Source of the DNA: Pyrinomonadales bacterium
Lineage (GTDB): Bacteria > Acidobacteriota > Blastocatellia > Pyrinomonadales > Pyrinomonadaceae
NCBI GenBank assembly: GCA_038235165.1
Contig: JBBSUG010000024.1
Location: 2,430-66,429 of the forward strand
Length of the DNA: 64,000 bases
Reading direction: 5' to 3'
The notes below the pieces were generated by a model. The model ran no database searches and was not told where the DNA came from. It saw only the letters and a list, made by a program, of their open reading frames with translations. Every line of letters starts with the position of its first letter. Positions within the stretch are counted from its first letter, which is position 1. Below are positions 43,701 to 51,888 of the stretch, in pieces. Both the position numbers and the translations under genes were made by a program.

Positions 43701-44669
43701 TCACGCTTCTTTGTTATATTTATTTCGATAATCGTAAGGTGTCATTCCGGTAATTTTTTTGAATGTTCCGCGAAAGGATTTGGTGTCGGAATAGCCGACA
43801 TCGAACATTACTTCGGTGATGTTTTTGCGGCTCGTTTCAAAACTCTTTTTGGCGGCTTCGATCTTTACGCGCTGAACGTATTCGTTGACGGTGTTGTTTG
43901 TGGCGCGTTTGAATCTTCGCTCAAAACTGCGTCGGCTGATAGCGAATTTTTCGGATAATCGGTCGGTCGTGAACTTTTCCTCGACGTTATTTTCGATAAA
44001 TCTCTGCGCCGCTTTGATGTCTTCGTCGGTGTGTTCTTTCTGACCTTTGAAGATCGTAAAGTGCGTTTGGCTGTGGCGTTCGATGTCTATGGCGAAAATT
44101 TTGGCGGTTTGAATTGCGGTTTCGCGGTCGGTGAATTTCTCGACAAGGTAAATCAGCAAATTAAAATATGAAGTCGCGCCGCCGCTCGTGTAAATGCCGT
44201 CTTCTTCGGTGATTATCTTGTCGGTTTGCAGATCAACTTTGGGAAACATTGCACGGAATTCGTCAGCCGCCAGCCAATGTGTTGAGCATTTTTTGCCATC
44301 TAAAAGTCCCGTTTTCGCCAACATAAATGCGCCGACGCAGAGGCTGACGACTTCCGCGCCCTTTTTATGTTTTTCGACAATCCACGGAATGAATTCTTTG
44401 TTCGTTTCCAAAAACTGTTCGGTGTCGCCGTAAAATGCGGGAACGAAGATCAAATCCGTCTTTTTCACATCGTCCAAAAACAAATCAGAATGAACGGAAA
44501 ACGCGCTGTTGTGCAGTTTTACTTCTTTCGACAATCCGACAAATTTTATATCGAAAAGTGCGGGTTTTACTAAACTATTAACTTGCGAAAAAACGTGGCG
44601 CGGATCGTCAATTGCCGCTAAAACTGCGGATTCCGGGACGAGTATGGAAATGTGTTTCATAATTTTCAT
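43701..44669 (-). CDS. GlxA-family transcriptional regulator (DJ-1/PfpI domain plus AraC HTH)
   Basis: DJ-1-like N-domain (VVSLCVGAFMLAKTGLLDGKKCSTHW) and a C-terminal AraC double HTH (VGYSDTKSFRGTFKKITGMTPYDYR). Confidence 0.85.
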   Translation of the reverse strand: MKIMKHISILVPESAVLAAIDDPRHVFSQVNSLVKPALFDIKFVGLSKEVKLHNSAFSVHSDLFLDDVKKTDLIFVPAFYGDTEQFLETNKEFIPWIVEKHKKGAEVVSLCVGAFMLAKTGLLDGKKCSTHWLAADEFRAMFPKVDLQTDKIITEEDGIYTSGGATSYFNLLIYLVEKFTDRETAIQTAKIFAIDIERHSQTHFTIFKGQKEHTDEDIKAAQRFIENNVEEKFTTDRLSEKFAISRRSFERRFKRATNNTVNEYVQRVKIEAAKKSFETSRKNITEVMFDVGYSDTKSFRGTFKKITGMTPYDYRNKYNKEA

Positions 44670-44670
44670 T

Positions 44671-44734
44671 GCAGAAACACGCACGAAGTAAGTGTGTGAA
44701 ACTGTTATCACACTTACTTCGTGCGTGTTTCTGC
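44671..44734. repeat. 64-nt hairpin with a 26-bp perfect stem abutting the regulator start codon
   Basis: GCAGAAACACGCACGAAGTAAGTGTG (44671-44696) pairs with CACACTTACTTCGTGCGTGTTTCTGC (44709-44734). Confidence 0.9.
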
Positions 44735-44880
44735 ATTAATTCAAATATCCGAAAAGTTTGTCGCAAACAACCCGCAACTTTGTCGTATTTACACCGCGCA
44801 TTATCTCATAATGGGTGTTAATGTGTAAAGACGATAAGAAATTGTCTTATCTGTGAAACGTAATAAATAGGAGAAATAAA

Positions 44881-45249
44881 ATGGGAAAATATGTAGATGG
44901 ATTTTTACTTCCGATTGCGAAAGACAAGATCGGAGAATATAAAGAAATGGCAAACAAAGCGGGCAAAGTTTGGATGGAATACGGCGCGTTAGCGTTTTGC
45001 GAATGTGAAGGGGACGATCTGGAAGTCGAGGGAATGTTTTCGTTTCGGACGGCGGCGGACGCGGCGGAAAATGAAACTGTGATTTTTTCGTGGATTATGT
45101 TTGAATCCAGAGAACACCGCGACGAGGTGAACGCTAAAGTTATGGAAGACGAGCGTTTGAAGGAAATGATGGAGAATAAAAATCCGATTTTTGATTTCAA
45201 ACGGATGCCTTACGGCGGTTTTAAAACTTTGGTGAATTTTAATAAATAA
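44881..45249 (+). CDS. DUF1428 family protein
   Basis: MGKYVDGFLLPI...YKEMANKAGKVWMEYGAL is the typical DUF1428 N-terminus. Confidence 0.7.
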   Translation: MGKYVDGFLLPIAKDKIGEYKEMANKAGKVWMEYGALAFCECEGDDLEVEGMFSFRTAADAAENETVIFSWIMFESREHRDEVNAKVMEDERLKEMMENKNPIFDFKRMPYGGFKTLVNFNK

Positions 45250-45270
45250 ATAAAAAGGAGAATAAAAAAA

Positions 45271-45708
45271 ATGGCAAATATTAATCCATATTTGGATTTT
45301 GACGGAAATGCGGAAGAAGCATTAAATTTTTACAAATCGGTTTTCGGCGGCGAATTTACGGCGTTGATGCGTTATAAAGAAATGTCGGGCGCGGAATGTG
45401 ACGGAATGAAATTGGCGAATGATGAACTCGAAAGGGTGATGCACATTTCATTGCCGATAGGAAATAACAGCATTTTGATGGCATCGGACGTACTTGAATC
45501 AACGGGACAAACACGAATTGTCGGCACAAATTTTTCGGTTTCGATTGGTGCGGACAGCAAGGAGGAAGCGGAAAAACTTTATCACGGTTTGGCGGACGGC
45601 GGAACGATGACGATGCCGATTGCCGATGCTTTTTGGGGCGCGTATTTCGGGATGTTGACGGATAAGTTCGGCGTTCAATGGCTTGTTAATTACGATTACA
45701 AAAAGTAG
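45271..45708 (+). CDS. VOC-superfamily protein (PhnB-like)
   Basis: NPYLDFDGNAEEALNFYKSVFGGEF ... DKFGVQWLVN. Confidence 0.75.
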   Translation: MANINPYLDFDGNAEEALNFYKSVFGGEFTALMRYKEMSGAECDGMKLANDELERVMHISLPIGNNSILMASDVLESTGQTRIVGTNFSVSIGADSKEEAEKLYHGLADGGTMTMPIADAFWGAYFGMLTDKFGVQWLVNYDYKK

Positions 45709-45721
45709 GTTTCAATAAGAC

Positions 45722-45764
45722 AAAATCGGGCAAGAAGAAATGAGATTTTAGTTGCCCGATTTTT
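45722..45764 (+). terminator. Rho-independent terminator
   Basis: AAAATCGGGCAA / TTGCCCGATTTT stem plus T-run. Confidence 0.6.
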
Positions 45765-45869
45765 AGTAAGTACGAGGAAAATTCCGATTGCAAGTTTGCT
45801 TTTCCCAGCAATTTTGTTTTTGTCTTACATAAATCGGGAAAAATATTACACGCTTTTGGAGGCAAAATA

Positions 45870-46442
45870 ATGAGAAAATTAAAACTACAAATGCAGATGT
45901 CTATTGACGGATACGTCGCCGGACCGAACGGCGAACTCGATTGGATGACTTTTTCTTTGGATGAAAAAGCATTAGCTCGCCTAAATGAATTAACCGATTC
46001 GTCTGACACCATCTTGATGGGTAGAAAAATGACCGACGGTTTCATTAATCATTGGTCGAGTGTTTTAGAGAATCCTGAAAGTCCGCTATATTCTTTCGCC
46101 CGAAAAATGATTGACATTCCGAAAGTAGTGTTCAGCAAAACGGTCAAAGAATCTAAATGGGCAAACACGACTCTGGCAAACGGCGATATTGTCGAGGAAG
46201 TCGAAAACCAAAAAAGTAGAAACGGCAAAGATATTCTTGTCCACGGCGGCGCGGGCTTTGTCAGTTCCTTAATACAAAACAATCTAGTTGACGAATATCA
46301 TTTTTTAGTTAATCCGGTCGCCATCGGCAAAGGAATGTCTATTTTCGGAGATTCGTATGAAAGATTGAATCTTCGATTTATCAAATCCGAAGCATTTTCC
46401 AACGGTAAAGTCGAGCTTTGCTACGAGCCGCAAAAAACTTAA
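45870..46442 (+). CDS. Dihydrofolate-reductase-like (RibD C-terminal domain) family protein
   Basis: MRKLKLQMQMSIDGYVAGPNGELDWM, GRKM, and VHGGAGF. Confidence 0.75.
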   Translation: MRKLKLQMQMSIDGYVAGPNGELDWMTFSLDEKALARLNELTDSSDTILMGRKMTDGFINHWSSVLENPESPLYSFARKMIDIPKVVFSKTVKESKWANTTLANGDIVEEVENQKSRNGKDILVHGGAGFVSSLIQNNLVDEYHFLVNPVAIGKGMSIFGDSYERLNLRFIKSEAFSNGKVELCYEPQKT

Positions 46443-46455
46443 AGGAAACATTTTA

Positions 46456-46812
46456 ATGAAATATAATTCTATCGAAGCATTCGTTCCGGCGGGGAACAAT
46501 TTTAAGAAATCGCGGCAATTGTTTTTAGAATTAGGTTTTAAAATCATTTGGGAAACCGATGATTACGTCGGTTTTGAAAATAACAGCTGTAAATTTATTC
46601 TGCAAGGTAATGACAACAAAGAATTCGCCGAAAACTTCATGATGAGCGTTAAAGTTGGTGATTTGGACGTATTCTGGGGAGAAATCAGCGCATTGAGTTT
46701 GCCGGAAAAGTTCGGTGTGAAACTCAATGCGCCGAAAGATTTTCCGTGGGGCAGAGAGGTTAATTTGATTGACATCGCGGGCGTTTGCTGGCATTTTGCG
46801 GAAGAGAAATAA
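46456..46812 (+). CDS. Glyoxalase/bleomycin-resistance-like small protein
   Basis: About 118 aa with a VOC-like pattern and PWGREVNLIDIAGVCWHF. Confidence 0.55.
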   Translation: MKYNSIEAFVPAGNNFKKSRQLFLELGFKIIWETDDYVGFENNSCKFILQGNDNKEFAENFMMSVKVGDLDVFWGEISALSLPEKFGVKLNAPKDFPWGREVNLIDIAGVCWHFAEEK

Positions 46813-46870
46813 CAACTTACAATGCGAATCATTAGTTGCAATTTCAAAGGTCAGTTAAATATATTGCTTA

Positions 46871-46929
46871 GCGAACTTTGCGCCCCCAGCGTGAAATAAT
46901 TTATCTCACGTTGGAAAACCAAAGTTCGC
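46871..46929. other. Two-tier hairpin in a 460-bp intergenic region
   Basis: Outer stem GCGAACTTTG / CAAAGTTCGC. Inner stem CAGCGTGA / TCACGTTG with one G-U pair. Confidence 0.4.
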
Positions 46930-47122
46930 CAAGAAAAACTATTATTTCAAAATTCCAGCTCAACTACTGATTCGCGTTTATAAAAGGAAAAAACGATAAA
47001 GTGTTAATCTAATTTTTGAAGCAAATCTGTTTTGAAAAAGGAATTAACGAATCGTTTGTTGGTACGGAAGCAGTGAAGCAGATATAAATTCAGTTTGGTT
47101 TAATGACAAATTCGGGTAGAAT

Positions 47123-47236
47123 ATGACGATGATCAATCAGGAAAAAGTTCGCAAATTTATGTGGTTTAGTTTGGGGATTGCCGGTGCGCTGAGCATTTTG
47201 TTAATTATACAGAAAATATTCGGTGCGGGCAGTTGA
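47123..47236 (+). CDS. Possible 37-aa single-TM peptide
   Basis: My own translation: MTMINQEKVRKFMWFSLGIAGALSILLIIQKIFGAGS. No clear Shine-Dalgarno sequence. Confidence 0.25.
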   Translation: MTMINQEKVRKFMWFSLGIAGALSILLIIQKIFGAGS

Positions 47237-47274
47237 GAATCGGCTGATCTTAAATATCTCCAAGGACGAAAAAT

Positions 47275-48429
47275 TTATTCGACAAAAAGGCTTTCGATCT
47301 TATTTTCCAGTTCCGCGCCGTGCAGATTTTTGGCGATGATTTTCCCGTCTGCATCAATTAGAAAATTTGCGGGCAGTGCAGTAACGGCATATTGAAAAGT
47401 GACGGGCGTTTCAAATTCCTGTAATGTTGATACGTTTATCCAAGTGCGTTTGTCCTGTTCGATGGCGTTCAGCCAAGCGGCTTTTTCCGTTTCCAGACCA
47501 ACTCCGTAAATCTCGAATCCCCGCGATTTGAATTTGTCGTACATACGGACGAGTTCCGCGCTTTCACGACGACACGGCGCACACCAGCTTGCCCAAAAAT
47601 CAATCAAAATATACTCGGATTTTATTGAGGATTTCTCTTTTATCGAAGAAAGCGGGATTTCCATTCCGTTTCGGTCGCGCATTTTTATTTCAGCCGCCGT
47701 TCCGCCGATGCTCGTGTTTTTAAGTATTTTTACCTTTTCCACAATTTTTTCGGTGACGGCAAGCTGCGGATGATCTTTTTGAAAAGCCGTCGCCAGCGAT
47801 TCGAGAAACGGAAGATTGCGGTCGCCGTCCCACCTAATCGAAGTCGCGTACACGGCAATCGAAGTTCCCATATTTTTTTCGATGTAATTAATCAATTCGT
47901 CTTTGTGTTTGTCGTAATTTTCGATTTCCAGCTCGCCCAATCGGGCAATTTCCGCATCATCGGCAGGATTGCTTTTATCTTTTAGTTGTTTGATTTTTTC
48001 GCGCACCGAAATTACCAAAGAATCCAGCGACTTTTTACGAAACGCTTCGTATCCTTCAAGTTTTTCAGTGTCGGCAGAACCCGAAACCTTGACCGTTGAC
48101 CAATCGTCGGCATCGCCGCTAATGACAACTTTCTGGTTTTTATCAATTGCGAGGGTGATATTTTTCTCGTCATCAAAATTTATCGTGTAAATATGCGGTT
48201 CGAGATTGAAATCCATCTCGAAGTTCCCGTTTTTATCAACCGGAATTTCGCTGATTACGCGGTTTTGTTTGCGGTAAATGTCTTCTTCCAAAAGCAAATT
48301 TAAAGTGCTTTTCTGATAGTTTTTGATGTTTCCCGCAATGCTGAATGTCGGAGTTTCCCGGTGGCGGCAGGAGGGAATTATTGCGAAGATCAACAGCAGA
48401 GCCACAAGTTTGATTTTATTTGAGAGCAT
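47275..48429 (-). CDS. TlpA-like thiol:disulfide oxidoreductase (thioredoxin fold)
   Basis: FWASWCAPCRRE active site, lipoprotein-like N-terminus (IIPSC), and a DUF4369-like N-domain. Confidence 0.8.
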   Translation of the reverse strand: MLSNKIKLVALLLIFAIIPSCRHRETPTFSIAGNIKNYQKSTLNLLLEEDIYRKQNRVISEIPVDKNGNFEMDFNLEPHIYTINFDDEKNITLAIDKNQKVVISGDADDWSTVKVSGSADTEKLEGYEAFRKKSLDSLVISVREKIKQLKDKSNPADDAEIARLGELEIENYDKHKDELINYIEKNMGTSIAVYATSIRWDGDRNLPFLESLATAFQKDHPQLAVTEKIVEKVKILKNTSIGGTAAEIKMRDRNGMEIPLSSIKEKSSIKSEYILIDFWASWCAPCRRESAELVRMYDKFKSRGFEIYGVGLETEKAAWLNAIEQDKRTWINVSTLQEFETPVTFQYAVTALPANFLIDADGKIIAKNLHGAELENKIESLFVE

Positions 48430-48698
48430 AATATGTTTGATTTTGGCTGAATTTTTGACGGCACTTTGAAAATGCATTAAACCAAAACAAGGGTCAACGG
48501 CAAATGAAGTCAAATTTTATTCGCCAAATATGACTATTCCAATTCGGTCCCGGTAAATTCCTGCATTTCACAAAATATGTGAAATTGTAAGAACTTTGTC
48601 GAAGAAAAAGATAAAAGCTAATCACGAAGTAAAGAGTTTTAATATTAAATTGAGTTGGTGTAGAATTATCGAATAATCTACCCGTTCAAATCCAAAAA

Positions 48699-50993
48699 AT
48701 GAAAATATTTTATGCTTTCGTTGTTTTGTTCGCTTTTCAAATGACCTCATCAGCGCAAAAAATTGAAAATTATATTCAATACGTCAACCCGCTGATCGGC
48801 ACTCAGAAGATGGGACACACTTATCCGGGCGCGACGGTACCGTTCGGCGCAGTGCAGCTTTCGCCCGACACGGACGAGCAGCCTTATCTGATCGGCGGTA
48901 AATATAACCCGGCAACTTATCGGTACTGCGCCGGTTATAATTACGACGACGCAACGATTGTCGGGTTTTCGCACACGCATTTTTCCGGGACGGGACATTC
49001 GGATTTGGGCGATTTTTTAATAATGCCGACGGTCGGCGATTTGCAGCTTGAACCGGGCGACAAAAGCAATTCGAAAAGCGGTTTTCGGTCGGCGTTTTCG
49101 CATTCGACGGAAATCGCTGAACCGAATTACTACAAAGTTCTATTGGCGGACGATAATATTCTCGCCGAATTAACAACGACAACTCGCGTTGGTTTTCATC
49201 AATATACTTTTCCCGAAAGCGATAACTCTCACATTATCCTGGATTTAATGCACGGCATTTATAATTACGACGGAAAAAATGTCTGGACATTCGTGCGCGT
49301 CGAAAACGATCACACGATTACGGGTTTCCGGCAGACGAATGGCTGGGCGCGGACGCGGACGGTTTATTTTGCGATGGAATTTTCCAAACCGTTCACGAAT
49401 TACGGCTTTAAAGATTTCAAACCGTCGCCGTATAAAGGTTTCTGGCGCAAATTCGACCAGACGAAAAAATTCCCTGAAATGGCGGGCGAGCAGATTCGTG
49501 CATATTTCGATTTCAAAACGGCGAAAGGCGAGAAAATCAAGGTAAAATTCGCGCTGTCGCCGGTTTCGACGGAAGGCGCAATGAATAATTTGAAACTCGA
49601 AACGCCCGGTTGGGATTTCGACAAAGTTAAAAATGCCGGACAAAATTTGTGGAATGCCGAACTTGGCAAAATCGCCGTCACTGCCGATTCAAAAGATGAT
49701 TTGACAAATTTTTATACGGCGATGTATCACGCTTTTATCAGCCCAACGGTTTATATGGATGCTGACGGTCAGTATAAAGGCTTGGATCAAAACGTCCATT
49801 CGGCAAAAGGATTTACAAATTACACGACCTTTTCGCTGTGGGACACATATCGCGCTCTGCACCCGCTTTTTAACATTATTCAGCCGCAACGCAACCGCGA
49901 GATGGTCAATTCGATGCTCGCGCATTATGATCAGAGCGTTCACAAAATGCTTCCTATCTGGTCACATTACGCCAACGAAAACTGGTGTATGATCGGTTAT
50001 CATTCGGTTTCGGTGATTGCTGATGCAATCGTCACCGGCAACATCGAAGGCATCAACGCGGAACACGCGCTCGATGCAATGGCGAACACAGCGCGAACGA
50101 AATATTACGATGGTTTGGGGTTTTATATGAAACTCGGCTATGTTCCCGAAGATGAAAATTCTTTGAGCGTGTCGAAAACTTTAGAATATGCTTACGATGA
50201 TTATGCAATCGCGCAGGCGGCGAAAAAACTCGGCAAAACAGCGATTTACGACGAATTTATCAAACGTTCGGAGAATTGGAAAAACGTTTATGATGCGTCG
50301 GTCGGTTTTACGCGCCCAAAAATGACGGACGGAAAATTCAGCGAAAAATTTGACCCGCTGAAAACCGAAGGGCAGGGATTTATTGAGGGAAACGCGTGGA
50401 ATTACAGTCTTTATGTGCCGCATAATCCCGAAAAAATGATTGAAATGATGGGCGGCAAAGCGAAATTTGCGGCGCATTTGGACGAACTTTTCACGATGCA
50501 CTTGCCGGACGAGTTTTTTGCCGCGACCGAAGACATCACACGCGAAGGAATTATCGGCGGCTATATTCACGGCAACGAACCTTCGCACCACGTCGCTTAT
50601 CTTTACAACTGGACTGACAGCCCGTGGAAAACGCAGGAACGGGTGCGAATGATTCTGAAAAATCAATATAAAGATACGCCCGACGGACTCGGCGGCAACG
50701 ACGACTGCGGGCAGATGTCAGCGTGGTACTTGTTTTCGAGTTTGGGTTTTTATCCGGTCGCGCCCGCTTCCGGGCAATATCAAATCGGCAGTCCGGCGAT
50801 CAAATCAGCGGTTTTGAAACTCGAAAACGGCAAAACTTTGACGATAGAAGCCGAAAATCAATCTGACAAAAATGTTTACGTGCGAAAAGTAGTCATCAAC
50901 GGCAGAGAACTCAATCGCAATTACATTACCTCTTCTGAAATAATGAATGGCGGGAAAATTGCATTTTCGATGAGCGATAAACCAAAAGTGTGA
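48699..50993 (+). CDS. Glycoside hydrolase family 92 (alpha-mannosidase-like)
   Basis: Signal peptide, GHTYPGATVPFGAVQLSPDT, GGNDDCGQMSAWY. About 760 aa. Confidence 0.9.
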   Translation: MKIFYAFVVLFAFQMTSSAQKIENYIQYVNPLIGTQKMGHTYPGATVPFGAVQLSPDTDEQPYLIGGKYNPATYRYCAGYNYDDATIVGFSHTHFSGTGHSDLGDFLIMPTVGDLQLEPGDKSNSKSGFRSAFSHSTEIAEPNYYKVLLADDNILAELTTTTRVGFHQYTFPESDNSHIILDLMHGIYNYDGKNVWTFVRVENDHTITGFRQTNGWARTRTVYFAMEFSKPFTNYGFKDFKPSPYKGFWRKFDQTKKFPEMAGEQIRAYFDFKTAKGEKIKVKFALSPVSTEGAMNNLKLETPGWDFDKVKNAGQNLWNAELGKIAVTADSKDDLTNFYTAMYHAFISPTVYMDADGQYKGLDQNVHSAKGFTNYTTFSLWDTYRALHPLFNIIQPQRNREMVNSMLAHYDQSVHKMLPIWSHYANENWCMIGYHSVSVIADAIVTGNIEGINAEHALDAMANTARTKYYDGLGFYMKLGYVPEDENSLSVSKTLEYAYDDYAIAQAAKKLGKTAIYDEFIKRSENWKNVYDASVGFTRPKMTDGKFSEKFDPLKTEGQGFIEGNAWNYSLYVPHNPEKMIEMMGGKAKFAAHLDELFTMHLPDEFFAATEDITREGIIGGYIHGNEPSHHVAYLYNWTDSPWKTQERVRMILKNQYKDTPDGLGGNDDCGQMSAWYLFSSLGFYPVAPASGQYQIGSPAIKSAVLKLENGKTLTIEAENQSDKNVYVRKVVINGRELNRNYITSSEIMNGGKIAFSMSDKPKV

Positions 50994-51039
50994 TTTGTCC
51001 AATTAGTCAAGTCAGATGTTTAATTGTAATATTTGTAGT

Positions 51040-51258
51040 ATGAGTAATGAAAATGAAGAACAAAAAAACGAGATAAATCACACGACGGAAAATGTCGAAT
51101 CGGTCGGGCAGATGATTCTCGGCGAAATTCAGGTGATCGGCGGAATTCTAACCGGCGACCCGATCACGCAGGCGGAAGGAGAATACAACGTCGAAGCAGG
51201 AACTATTCATCAGGAAACCAACAAAAATTTGACGGTGATGGATGAAGAAGAATCGTGA
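51040..51258 (+). CDS. CsbD-like stress protein
   Basis: GEIQVIGGILTGDPITQAEGEYNVEAG resembles the CsbD repeat. Confidence 0.45.
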   Translation: MSNENEEQKNEINHTTENVESVGQMILGEIQVIGGILTGDPITQAEGEYNVEAGTIHQETNKNLTVMDEEES

Positions 51259-51501
51259 GTATTAAATTCGGATTCATTGTAAACACGGACAAAATATTAT
51301 TTTATAGATAAAGTCCTGCACTTGGTTTTGATGTATTTCCGATTTAAATATTCATTCCTTAACTCCTGAAAATCCTAAATGTCCGGCGACGAAGATTTTA
51401 CAAAATCACGATTTAGCGGACTTACACAGACTTTCAGTAGTCGGATTACCATACAAACCGACTTCGCAAAAAATTGTTCTTAGTTAATATTAAAAGAACT
51501 T

Positions 51502-51526
51502 ATTGAAATTGAAAATTGATTTCAAT
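51502..51526. promoter_or_regulatory. Inverted-repeat operator (Fur-box-like) overlapping the feoA promoter
   Basis: ATTGAAAT-n9-ATTTCAAT, AT-rich, immediately before CATATAAT (-10-like) and 29 nt before the feoA ATG. Confidence 0.45.
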
Positions 51527-51554
51527 TAGCATATAATTTTTCTGTCGAACATAT

Positions 51555-51800
51555 ATGCACACAACTGTCAAAGAAATGAATCTAACAGATTTGCCAATCG
51601 GGGCGACGGCAACAGTCATCGCTGTCAACGGCAACAATGCCATCGCCAAGCGATTGATGGAAATGGGCGTTGTTCCGGGCGTATCCGTCAGGGTAATAAA
51701 GTCTGCACCGTTCGGCGATCCGCTGGAAATCCGGGTGCGCGGTTATCATTTGGCGATGCGAAAAAATGAAGCCGCTGCAATAGAAGTAAATGAAATCTAA
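51555..51800 (+). CDS. feoA: Ferrous iron transport protein A
   Basis: SH3-like FeoA pattern: LTDLPIGATATVIAV...RLMEMGVVPGVSVRVI...GDPLEIRVRGYHLAMR. Confidence 0.85.
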   Translation: MHTTVKEMNLTDLPIGATATVIAVNGNNAIAKRLMEMGVVPGVSVRVIKSAPFGDPLEIRVRGYHLAMRKNEAAAIEVNEI

Positions 51801-51888
51801 AATTCAAGATTCCAAATTCAAGATCCCAAATTCCGGCGCGATTGCAACCAAAACAATCGAAGGACAAAGGACAAAAGACAAAAAACAA

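Noticed and set aside
48640-48698. tRNA-like GTTCAAATCC string upstream of the GH92 gene.
   Set aside because: No acceptor stem, D-arm or anticodon arm can be drawn. It is only a short GTAGA/TCTAC hairpin.
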